Below, one piece after another: positions 8,285 to 16,632 of a DNA stretch of 17,562 bases. The notes below the pieces were generated by a model. It ran no database searches. It was not told where the DNA came from and saw only the letters and a program-made list of their open reading frames with translations. Origin of the DNA: Bacteriovoracaceae bacterium (lineage in GTDB: Bacteria > Bdellovibrionota > Bacteriovoracia > Bacteriovoracales > Bacteriovoracaceae); NCBI GenBank assembly GCA_041586955.1, contig JBFGZE010000073.1:1-17562 (forward strand), in the 5' to 3' direction. Made by a program: the position numbers and the translations under genes. Each line of letters starts with the position of its first letter. Position 1 is the stretch's first letter.

Positions 8285-8856
8285 ATAAAATCCTGATTTA
8301 TCCCACAGATACAGTTTGGGGTATTGGTAATAGGGTAGAAGATATTGGAATGGTAAAAGAAGTTCATCGTCTTAAAGGCAGCGATGCCAAAAAGCCTCTC
8401 TCCATTCTTTTCACTTCTAAGGAGCAATTAAAAAATGCCATTTTATTACCCGATATTTTTTCCCTCGATCAATGGCAGACCTTTTTTTCTTTGCAGACAA
8501 CCTTATTGGTTCGTAAAGATCTTTTGACGATGAATTATGACTCCAATATCTTGGGAGATAGCCCTTTTGTAGGAATTCGTTATTTAGAATCACCAGCACT
8601 CTGCGCATTAACCGATGATTGCCCTATTACCACCACTAGTCTCAATATGACAGGTGATGAGCCTATTATTGATATTGAACAGGCCCGTGCCATGTATAAT
8701 CAGCATAAAGATCAATTTCCCTTGGTGTTTGTCACCGAAAACGGTCTTATTCCTAGTGGCGAATCGTCCACGATTCTTAAATGGGAGAAAGATATCTTCA
8801 CGATCATTCGCCGCGGCCAAAATGCCACCAAGGTAGAAGCCTTTGTGGGATTATAA
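8266..8856 (+). CDS. tsaC: TsaC/Sua5/YrdC-family L-threonylcarbamoyladenylate synthase-like protein
   Basis: YPTDTVWGIG, LK....KPL, VGIR, PITTTSLN, SSTI, IRRG; GGAG ribosome-binding site just upstream; overlaps the upstream gene. Confidence 0.85.
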   Translation: MVASTLNKILIYPTDTVWGIGNRVEDIGMVKEVHRLKGSDAKKPLSILFTSKEQLKNAILLPDIFSLDQWQTFFSLQTTLLVRKDLLTMNYDSNILGDSPFVGIRYLESPALCALTDDCPITTTSLNMTGDEPIIDIEQARAMYNQHKDQFPLVFVTENGLIPSGESSTILKWEKDIFTIIRRGQNATKVEAFVGL

Positions 8857-9424
8857 ACAACCATCATTTTATCGCTTTAATGAAGACTCCATTCATTTGG
8901 CCAAATGGGCCTTATCTCAAGTTGGCGATATGAAACTTGAAATAATTGCTGATCTTTGTGCTGGTTGTGGTGTTGTCGGTTTGGAATTCATTCAAGAGTA
9001 TTGCAAACCACTCCATCTCACGTTTTGTGAATACCAAGATGATTTTATCCCTTTTCTCAAGGAAAATATCGCCTTTATTAAAAAAGGAGTTGAGTTTCAA
9101 TCTGAAGTGAGACATGGGACTTATCAATCTTTAGGCGCTCCCACCCGACCTTTTGATCTTATCCTCTGTAATCCTCCCTATTTTATGAACGGCAGTGGCC
9201 GCCAGGCCCTGGATATTCGCCGTCAAAAATGTCGTGAACAAATTGATTTCTCTTGGGACTCATTTTTTAAAAAATGCGTTTCATCTTTAACTAGCAAGGG
9301 TCATTTAATTTTCAGTCACCGCCAGGAAAATGAGGGAGAGTTTTGGCCGGCGTCTTTCCAATTAGAAGGGCATAGGGTTTTAAATGGTTGTCACCTCGTG
9401 CATTTATCGTTGATTAATAAGTAA
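8843..9424 (+). CDS. SAM-dependent N6-adenine methyltransferase, YfiC/TrmN6 (tRNA1Val A37)-like
   Basis: QP..YRFNEDSIHLA N-terminus, motif I DLCAGCGVVG, motif IV CNPPYF, ending RRQKCR; TTG start overlaps the tsaC stop. Confidence 0.8.
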   Translation: MWDYKQPSFYRFNEDSIHLAKWALSQVGDMKLEIIADLCAGCGVVGLEFIQEYCKPLHLTFCEYQDDFIPFLKENIAFIKKGVEFQSEVRHGTYQSLGAPTRPFDLILCNPPYFMNGSGRQALDIRRQKCREQIDFSWDSFFKKCVSSLTSKGHLIFSHRQENEGEFWPASFQLEGHRVLNGCHLVHLSLINK

Positions 9425-9608
9425 TATCTAGGCCTATGGAAAACTGATAAAATCTGATCTAGGTTCAAACCCCTTCAGTATTTACTTTTCTCCAAATTAT
9501 GTTGGCGTCTCAATTGGGCGAAAAAAATTATGATTTCGATAATTTTCCAACGATATTAACCGAGCACAGGCCCTAGTACATTTGTAAGGATCGTCGTATA
9601 TTTATCCA

Positions 9609-11666
9609 ATGACTTCAAAAACACAAGAATACGACATTCCTTATTATAAAGACTTTATCGCTCCCGCCTTTATTGAGGAGGCCTTGAAAACCATGGAAGA
9701 TGTTCCTGGAATTGAAGGCCTTAAGGTTCAGGCCAATTTGCGCCAACGATTTGGCCATATTGAGACACAGCAGGCATTGCAATTTGTCTGTACTCTATAT
9801 CAAAAGGTTTCGAATGATTTAAACAAAGTTCTTGACCAAAGGGCCATCGACCGCGCTTTTATCGACCAGCAAACGAAAGAATGCGTAAGAGCGAATAGCG
9901 CTTCCGGCATAGACTATTTATCAGCGGAATATAAGACCGCAATCGGCCGTAAAGATGACAATGGCCGGATTGTCATGGGCCCTTTAGAAACTAAGTGTGA
10001 AGCTGATTGGAAGGTGGAGATCCCTGAATTTTTACAAGGGGAACAAGTGACATTATTTGGGCCACCGGATACCAAACGCATGTCTATCAATGCCATGAAT
10101 GCGATCCACCGCAAACTCCCCAATGAACCCGATATTATTGCTCGGCTAATTGAAGAGACTAATGAATTTCCCAAATGGGGAGCGGATAATGAGGATTCAA
10201 AAACACCGCTGATGAGTGATTTTCTCTTGGCCTGCGAGAATTTAATTGAATGTTTTAATGGCGAACTTAAATTTAACGATGAAAGATCTGGCAAGCAATA
10301 CCGTCTGGAAAAAGAGCGCCTCTCTCAACCGATTAAACGTTTTCCTGGCCTGGCCATTCCCGATAATGCCCATATTTTAAATGGCTCACCTCTGCCTTTG
10401 CATATATACGATTTTGCTATGCATATGTTTCATAATTGGGACAAACCTAAGGCCCTGTGTTTTTATGTTCCGAAATTAGAAAATGAAGAAGAGGCAGCTT
10501 ATCTTCAATCTATGATTAATATTTGTGAAAAAATGCTTAAGGAACTTCACCCCAAATATGAAATGGGCCAAGTGAAGCTCTATATTGTTTTTGAAGGACC
10601 TCGCGCCATTTTTCGTATTCGAGAAATTGCCAAGGCCTTGCGTCCGTACTTTGTGGGTGGTTCTTTGGGGTGGCACGATTTTCTTGCCGCAACAGCACGC
10701 TTTCTTAAACATGACCCCAATTATCGAATTCCAGTGAAGGCCGACCCTAATATTGTTATTAAGCATATTCGTGAAAGTCATAAAATTCTCGAGCGTTCCC
10801 TAGCACCGCTTGGTGCCATTAAACTTGGTGGGATGTATGGTGTTCTCTATGAGAATGGCAATAAGGAATCCTTTCAAATTTCGATGATTGGTTATATTAA
10901 AGATGTGGTCACTCAACTGAAACGCAATCTTGATGGCTTTTGGGTGGCGCACCCGGATTTTGTGCGTATCGGTTTGGCCTTGGTTCAGGCCTACCGCCGC
11001 AAGGAGAAGGATTCATCTGACTCAGCGTTAAAAGAAGTCATCTGCGGCCTTATTACTGATCCTGAAGATCAAAAAAGCCTGATGGCCTTTGTGGAAGGAG
11101 ACGATATTGAAGGATTGGATGAATCCGATCCTATGTACCTTCGAGGAGTGATCGCTGCTAGTTTGAAAGAGTCAGATGTCATTAAAAACAATGATCCAGA
11201 GGAAGTTCGTTATAATATTTTTCAAGCGTTGCAATATATCGCTGATTGGTTAGGTGGCAATGGTTGTGTCGCCCTACCGGCAACTTTACGTGATCGTAAC
11301 GGTAAGGAAATTCGCGTGAGGATTATGGACGATTTGGCCACTACTGAGCGCTCCCGTTGGGAAGTGTGGGCGGAAATCCATCATGGCCGTATCTCTATGG
11401 AAGAATTTGAGCGTATTTTGGCCGAAGAAATCCAGTTTATCAAAGAGGATCAAAATAGCCCGACTCGCCAAGTTCAAGTGAAATGGAGTGGGGAAGCAGA
11501 AAAGTGGTACCCCATTGCCATTAAAATTTTGCGGAAATTGATGACGGATACCAGGCCGGTTGAATTTGTTCCAGAGCTTCTTTTACCCTTTTTATTAGAC
11601 TTTATCCGTGAGGCGAAAGACCCGTGGGCACAGGCGCAGAAGTACGCCCCAGAAAAATATTGTTAA
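9609..11666 (+). CDS. Malate synthase (divergent, MSA-like motifs)
   Basis: ADNEDS, KRFPG, FYVPKLE, VFEG, GWHDF, DGFWVAHP, WLGGNGCV and IMDDLATTERSRWEVW correspond to malate synthase A motifs DFEDS, RPRG, YLPK, LIET, GRWDY, DGTWVAHP, GNGCV and MEDAATAEISR. Confidence 0.88.
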   Translation: MTSKTQEYDIPYYKDFIAPAFIEEALKTMEDVPGIEGLKVQANLRQRFGHIETQQALQFVCTLYQKVSNDLNKVLDQRAIDRAFIDQQTKECVRANSASGIDYLSAEYKTAIGRKDDNGRIVMGPLETKCEADWKVEIPEFLQGEQVTLFGPPDTKRMSINAMNAIHRKLPNEPDIIARLIEETNEFPKWGADNEDSKTPLMSDFLLACENLIECFNGELKFNDERSGKQYRLEKERLSQPIKRFPGLAIPDNAHILNGSPLPLHIYDFAMHMFHNWDKPKALCFYVPKLENEEEAAYLQSMINICEKMLKELHPKYEMGQVKLYIVFEGPRAIFRIREIAKALRPYFVGGSLGWHDFLAATARFLKHDPNYRIPVKADPNIVIKHIRESHKILERSLAPLGAIKLGGMYGVLYENGNKESFQISMIGYIKDVVTQLKRNLDGFWVAHPDFVRIGLALVQAYRRKEKDSSDSALKEVICGLITDPEDQKSLMAFVEGDDIEGLDESDPMYLRGVIAASLKESDVIKNNDPEEVRYNIFQALQYIADWLGGNGCVALPATLRDRNGKEIRVRIMDDLATTERSRWEVWAEIHHGRISMEEFERILAEEIQFIKEDQNSPTRQVQVKWSGEAEKWYPIAIKILRKLMTDTRPVEFVPELLLPFLLDFIREAKDPWAQAQKYAPEKYC

Positions 11667-11672
11667 ATTTTT

Positions 11673-12185
11673 TTATTCTTGCAGAGTCGCCATAATTGTA
11701 TAATTCCCAATTATGGGAATATTTTTCTTTTTAAGCCGGACAAAAACCCAGCCTGCTGCTGGCACGTTGGGATGATAATAGGCGGTCGTTTCCGTGCGTC
11801 CACTTTGGGAAATAATTTTTATGACATGACAATCGCGATATCCTTTATAGTCTCTTTGCCCCATATGGAATATGGTCGCTTTACCAACTTTCATTTGTCC
11901 CTTAAGCGCCAAATCTTCGTAACCTCTTTCTGTCAAAAAACTTGCTGGTAATATACGTGTATGTTCCCCTTTGAGATATTTAGCAGGAACTGGGGCCAAT
12001 AATTTTTTCTTGATACTATACTTAATGACGATTTGAGCGAGTTCGACTTGCTCTTGTTCTTGTTCTTGAGCGAAGACTTTAACCCAGCCTCCTTTGTGAA
12101 ACTTTCCCTTGTGGACATTATAATTGGCAGTTTCACCGGCAAAAACCGATAATGAGACAAAAAGCAAAAGAATTGTTTTTAACAT
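11673..12185 (-). CDS. Basic secreted hypothetical protein (paralog 1), 170 aa
   Basis: Start reassigned to ATG 12185 (AGGAG upstream); signal peptide MLKTILLLFVSLSVFA; clear paralog of 13665-14165. Confidence 0.85.
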   Translation of the reverse strand: MLKTILLLFVSLSVFAGETANYNVHKGKFHKGGWVKVFAQEQEQEQVELAQIVIKYSIKKKLLAPVPAKYLKGEHTRILPASFLTERGYEDLALKGQMKVGKATIFHMGQRDYKGYRDCHVIKIISQSGRTETTAYYHPNVPAAGWVFVRLKKKNIPIIGNYTIMATLQE

Positions 12186-12206
12186 AAAAAATCTCCTCGA
12201 GATTCT

Positions 12207-12242
12207 ATAGTAAAATGAGCTGCGTCGGACATTCAAGAAAAA
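12207..12242 (-). promoter_or_regulatory. Putative sigma70 promoter of paralog 1
   Basis: Minus strand TTTTTC-TTGAAT (12236-12231), N18, TACTAT (12212-12207). Confidence 0.55.
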
Positions 12243-12264
12243 AGGTATGGCAATTTATGACATT

Positions 12265-12474
12265 TCAATTGAAAAGGTAAAAAACCTTTGAAGGAGAGTT
12301 CAAAGGTGATTGATTTTTAGATTTGTCAGAGGTTGTTTTAACCCCATAAAAACGATAAGGGCCAGGATCTAGTGCAGCGTGATAGTCATGATCAATTTCA
12401 AGAAAAATCTCTTCTTTTGTATCATTATGACTAGCGACAAAGCGATGATTAATTTTTTTATCTTCTTTCTCCAT
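12265..12474 (-). CDS. Small hypothetical protein, 69 aa
   Basis: ATG-started hydrophilic ORF filling an otherwise empty gap; no recognisable motif. Confidence 0.5.
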   Translation of the reverse strand: MEKEDKKINHRFVASHNDTKEEIFLEIDHDYHAALDPGPYRFYGVKTTSDKSKNQSPLNSPSKVFYLFN

Positions 12475-12612
12475 TTATGGTATTAACTCTGTGGGCATTC
12501 AACATAAATAATGAGTAAGGCACAATCATGATATGGAGATTAACCAATTGACGCCAGAATTGTTGCGAGGCGTAGCCGTTTGCAGCGTGGGGTAGAGTTT
12601 TATTATCAGCGA

Positions 12613-12642
12613 TTGCAAATAAAATGTTCTCTGGGTTACAAT
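12613..12642 (+). promoter_or_regulatory. Putative sigma70 promoter for the DUF1232/membrane-pair operon
   Basis: TTGCAA (12613-12618), N18, TACAAT (12637-12642); GGGGAG RBS before ATG 12665. Confidence 0.5.
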
Positions 12643-12664
12643 CCTGATAAAAAGCGGGGAGCTT

Positions 12665-12892
12665 ATGGAGAGAACAAAATTTAAGACCATTATTACCCTA
12701 TTAGGTGGTCTTCTAGGTCTCCTTTATATTCTTAACCCCTCTGCAGGATTTATTGAGTTCATTCCCGATAATATTCCCTTCATTGGCAACCTCGATGAGG
12801 CCACTGCTATGATGCTTGTTTTAGGTTGTTTGCGTTACTTTGGTGTCGATCTTACGAAATGGTTTGGCAGTCGTAAAAAAACCATCAGGTGA
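12665..12892 (+). CDS. DUF1232/YkvA-family small membrane protein
   Basis: LYILNP....EFIPDNIPFIGNLDE matches the DUF1232 Y..SP.D.IPD.IP..G..DD pattern. Confidence 0.85.
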   Translation: MERTKFKTIITLLGGLLGLLYILNPSAGFIEFIPDNIPFIGNLDEATAMMLVLGCLRYFGVDLTKWFGSRKKTIR

Positions 12893-12898
12893 TTTAAA

Positions 12899-13270
12899 AT
12901 GGGGCCTATTAAAATATTTCTTCTTTATTTTATAATATTTTTTGGTGGCTGTTGGGCGACTTTTTTTTTGCAAGAATATTTTGGAATTGGGGTTGTCCTG
13001 GCCTCTGCCTTGGTGGGATTGGCCGGAACGATTATTCCTTTTCCTCAAAAAAATAAGAATAGCTACCAGGCCATTATCTACACGGCATCTTTTGCAGGTA
13101 TGAGCTCATTTGAGCTTGTAGAAAACATTTTTCATATCGCCCTTGTATCCATTTTTGGCGCCCTTATTTTCATAGGCCTTAAAAATTACTTCATCGGGCT
13201 AGGTGGAAAAATGGGGTTTACAGCTTTTCTTTCTATTATCGCATTTTCTCTTTTGAAGGTGGTATTATGA
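12899..13270 (+). CDS. Small 5-TM hypothetical membrane protein A
   Basis: Highly hydrophobic; motifs ASALVGL, YTASFAGMS, GLGGKMG; overlaps the next gene (ATGA). Confidence 0.8.
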   Translation: MGPIKIFLLYFIIFFGGCWATFFLQEYFGIGVVLASALVGLAGTIIPFPQKNKNSYQAIIYTASFAGMSSFELVENIFHIALVSIFGALIFIGLKNYFIGLGGKMGFTAFLSIIAFSLLKVVL

Positions 13271-13650
13271 GTTTATGGCAAATCATTCTATTATCAATTA
13301 TTGGCGCCAATCTCACCCATTATATCGCTCATAAAAATAATATTGGTGCGATACGGGCCTCCGCTGGTTTAACTATCCTTTTTGTCTTTATCAATAATTT
13401 CTTTCTTTTTAGCCTACAGGCCCAGGCCATCTTTTTTGGGGCGACCTTTGTGGGGATGGCCAGCAAAAAACGCATGGGTCATAGGTCTATTAGCTTGGCC
13501 TCTTTTATTTATTCGCTGGTTATCTTTTATCTAATTGGGTTTGCCAAAGGCATGGGAGGAGCTTTGGGAACGAGTGCCTTTATCGGCTGTAGCACTACTG
13601 CTTTTTTTATCTATTTTTACAAGAAAAAAGAATTCACTTTATTTATTTAA
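13267..13650 (+). CDS. Small 5-TM hypothetical membrane protein B (paralog of A)
   Basis: Motifs RASAGLT, FGATFVGMAS and GMGGALG align with protein A. Confidence 0.8.
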   Translation: MSLWQIILLSIIGANLTHYIAHKNNIGAIRASAGLTILFVFINNFFLFSLQAQAIFFGATFVGMASKKRMGHRSISLASFIYSLVIFYLIGFAKGMGGALGTSAFIGCSTTAFFIYFYKKKEFTLFI

Positions 13651-13664
13651 AAAGCTTATATTGG

Positions 13665-14165
13665 TCACTCTCTATATTTTGCTTCCATTGTATAAGATTT
13701 AAGAAATCGTATGTTTTTAATTTTAATTTTGACATAAACCCAGCCCGCCGCCGGAATATTGGGGTGGTAAAAAGCGGTGAGTTCTGATTTTCCATTTGTA
13801 GGTAATATTTTGATGACATGACAATTGCGATAGGAATGGTAATCCTTTCGACCGAGGTATTTAATACGGGCCTTGGGAAGATTCATCACCCCTTTTTTTG
13901 CTAACTCATCATAACCACGCTCTTGCATCAACTTGAGGGGGATGGCGCGAGAGTAAACTCTACTTAAATATTTCCGAGGTACGGGAACGAAGGCCTTCTT
14001 CTTTACTTTATAATTAATTTTGACGATGGCATGGTGCTTTGTTTCTTGGACCGATATTTTGATTTTACCGCCCTTATGAAATTTTCCCGGACGGATCTTA
14101 TAATGAGCGACTTCGGAGGCGAAGAGAGAGGATGTGAATAATAAAAGGCAGAGCAGCTTTATCAT
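13665..14165 (-). CDS. Basic secreted hypothetical protein (paralog 2), 166 aa
   Basis: Start reassigned to ATG 14165 (AAGGAG upstream); signal peptide MIKLLCLLLFTSSLFA; shares GKFHKGG, PVP.KYL, ERGY, CHVIKI and YHPN.PAAGWV with paralog 1. Confidence 0.85.
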   Translation of the reverse strand: MIKLLCLLLFTSSLFASEVAHYKIRPGKFHKGGKIKISVQETKHHAIVKINYKVKKKAFVPVPRKYLSRVYSRAIPLKLMQERGYDELAKKGVMNLPKARIKYLGRKDYHSYRNCHVIKILPTNGKSELTAFYHPNIPAAGWVYVKIKIKNIRFLKSYTMEAKYRE

Positions 14166-14187
14166 GGACGACTCCTTTAAAGGGGCC

Positions 14188-14222
14188 ATCATAGCGATTT
14201 ATGGGGTTGATCTCAAGAAAAA
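14188..14222 (-). promoter_or_regulatory. Putative sigma70 promoter of paralog 2
   Basis: Minus strand TTTTTC-TTGAGA (14216-14211), N17, TATGAT (14193-14188). Confidence 0.6.
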
Positions 14223-14226
14223 TAAA

Positions 14227-15984
14227 TTAGGAGACTTTTTTGGCATCCTCTGCAGCTTTTTTTTGCTTTTCTAAAAACTCTTTTTGTCGGGCCTTGACTT
14301 CGGCCTCTTCCGCCTCTTTTTTCAACTTCTTGGGAAGGTAAATCATTTCGTTCACAAACCGGCGCAGGCGGGCGCGCTCTTTTTCCTGAACACCATGATT
14401 GACTCCTAGGTATTGGTAACCTCCTTTTATTTTAGTGACTTTTCCTCCTACTTCCGGAATAACACTGACAAATATATTGGCAGGGTCCTTGAGGTGGAAT
14501 ACTGAATGCATGGGAATTTCTTGTTCGGTTGTGAAGATGGTATAAGATTCAGATATCTCTATAATTTTTGCTTTAATAATAAATTCAGCATTCGATTCAT
14601 CAGACTTTTTATCGAGAAAAATTTTGGGGATAATTAACTTTTTTTCCTCTTCATCTTGTTGATCAAATTCAGTTTGGCGCTTTTTATTAAAGGCATCGCA
14701 AAGATGGAGAACTTTTTCAAAATTAAATTGATGGCCATCACTTATAATACGGTCGTAATTGAGTAAGTTTTTGAGCTCATTTGAATTTAATTTTGCATTG
14801 AAGACCAAGATATAGGGGTTATAATCGGGGATGCTATCTATTTTGCTGATGATTAAACGTAAGGCCTGATCCCCATAGATTTGGGAAGCTTGCTCTTTTT
14901 CCAAAGTACTCGTTTCTGATTCATCTTTTCTATTCTCCTCCTCTTTTTTCTGCTCTTCGGTCTCATCCTTATACTGGTAGGCAATGAGGCCAGGCATGAC
15001 TTCGGTGATGACCGAGCCCTTAGGATCGATTTCTTTAGAAAAGCGGATTGAATTGGCATAACCATCAAGAGGTTTATCCGCCACCTTTAAAATGGTCATG
15101 GTGTGGTCCAGAACCAGGATGCGATCGTTAATAAGGGTGGGGGGAGTATAGCGACTTTTAAACCAAGTTAGATATTTGCTTTTTACAATATCGCCATTGA
15201 TTTTTATTTGGGGTTGACCAGATTTTTGAGCATCTACAGCAGACTTTTCTTGAGTACTCGCGTCTTTTCGCTTTCTTTCAAGATCGGGGACAATACCTTC
15301 TTCTTCTAAATATTCATGCTTAAAATTAATGGTCAAATCATGACCATGTTTAAAGGTATAATATAAATTACTTGCAATACAATTTTCGACGGTAAAAAAT
15401 TTTACGTCAAAAGTCGAATGGAACTGGGTTTTAAGAATTATCTCCTGGCCATTAGCGAAGAGGAGATTGTCCTCTATATGAATTGAAGTGGGGGTGATAT
15501 AACCAATTTTGACGAGTGACCCAAAATCAACACTATAGTCGATAGGGATTTTCGCGCTGGCGACTTGAGGTAATTCGAGTGAATTTTTTTGTGATAATAA
15601 TTGGGAGTGATAGAGAATATCATCAAATTCACCGGATTTGATATGATTGATAAATACGCCAGTGGTGTTACTTTCTTTAATCATGGCGGGGTCTGCAAGA
15701 TAACCCCAAAGCCCAATCACTGCATCATTATAAGGAAAGCAGCGACGAATAAGTCGTGCTAGCGTCATGAGTTTATGGGGGTCGGTGGAATAGTCAATAA
15801 AGATGACATCTGGTTCAATCGCAGCGATATCGATGATCAGGTTTTGAAATAACTTATCTTCTTTTTTATAAATCTGAGTAAAGTCGAATTGTTGGTCGGG
15901 GTATTTCTTGGCGAATCGTTCCTGAATGGATGACCAGTATTTTTCATCTTGACCAATAAATAAGATTCGCTTGGAAGCATCCAT
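14227..15984 (-). CDS. Hypothetical protein with receiver-like and PilZ-like segments
   Basis: 585 aa. N-terminal RILFIGQD...PDVIFIDY is REC-like. C-terminal AKIIEISESY...YLGVNHG..EKERARLRRFV resembles a PilZ barrel with its terminal helix. Charged C-terminal tail. Confidence 0.65.
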   Translation of the reverse strand: MDASKRILFIGQDEKYWSSIQERFAKKYPDQQFDFTQIYKKEDKLFQNLIIDIAAIEPDVIFIDYSTDPHKLMTLARLIRRCFPYNDAVIGLWGYLADPAMIKESNTTGVFINHIKSGEFDDILYHSQLLSQKNSLELPQVASAKIPIDYSVDFGSLVKIGYITPTSIHIEDNLLFANGQEIILKTQFHSTFDVKFFTVENCIASNLYYTFKHGHDLTINFKHEYLEEEGIVPDLERKRKDASTQEKSAVDAQKSGQPQIKINGDIVKSKYLTWFKSRYTPPTLINDRILVLDHTMTILKVADKPLDGYANSIRFSKEIDPKGSVITEVMPGLIAYQYKDETEEQKKEEENRKDESETSTLEKEQASQIYGDQALRLIISKIDSIPDYNPYILVFNAKLNSNELKNLLNYDRIISDGHQFNFEKVLHLCDAFNKKRQTEFDQQDEEEKKLIIPKIFLDKKSDESNAEFIIKAKIIEISESYTIFTTEQEIPMHSVFHLKDPANIFVSVIPEVGGKVTKIKGGYQYLGVNHGVQEKERARLRRFVNEMIYLPKKLKKEAEEAEVKARQKEFLEKQKKAAEDAKKVS

Positions 15985-16632
15985 AAGCTAAATTCCTGTT
16001 TCTGCGCTTAATTTTACCACAAATATAAAATCACTTACCGCTGGAGGGAGTTATGGCCAATAAGCAAGCCCATTGAAGGATTTTTATCCCCAATTTTAGA
16101 TACTTATGGTGTGACCTAAGTCAATGCCTTAAGAACTTGCCATATTATGTGAATTTAGCGTGAAATTAAAACCGTAATCATATTCACTATAGGTCGTTTA
16201 TGGGCATCTTGTTTCTATCTTAGGTATTCCTCGTTAATGAAATGAATGTATATGCCACTCACTCGATTATGTTTTCCCTGCCAGTGGTCACATTTCAAAA
16301 AAATTTGGCAAATTGTTTTCGATAAAAATTGCTCTCTATGGGGGTAAAGTATTATTATCGCTAGTTCTTACATCGCGGGATATGGCCAGTTTTCTAACAA
16401 GGGGATAATTAAGTGCCAAAAAAAATCGTCACCTCAAAACAATATAATTAGCTCTACTTGCTTTTTGGCGCCTTAATTTTCCTTTCTAAACAATGGTTTT
16501 TATTTACATTGCTTGATTCTCCATAAAATTAATTTTGAAAAGCTATACTTTAAAGAAATTTCAAGCCGATATGTAGCTATACTAAATAGAGTTTGTTTGA
16601 TTATTGGAAGTAGTTTAATTAGGAGGCTTGCT

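Noticed and set aside
8843..9424. NPPY methyltransferase as a restriction-modification DNA methylase
   Set aside because: Short, with no target-recognition domain or nuclease partner; the N-terminal QP..YRF..DS motif fits the YfiC/TrmN6 tRNA methyltransferase family
9503..9517. Sigma54-like TGGCGTCTCAATTGG upstream of malate synthase
   Set aside because: The -12 element is TTGG rather than TTGC; insufficient support
2303..15068. Numerous short nested or antisense ORFs (e.g. 2303-2485, 4962-5315, 6284-6727, 7044-7226, 9914-10294, 11679-11951, 14853-15068)
   Set aside because: They lie within well-supported genes and show no motifs or RBS support
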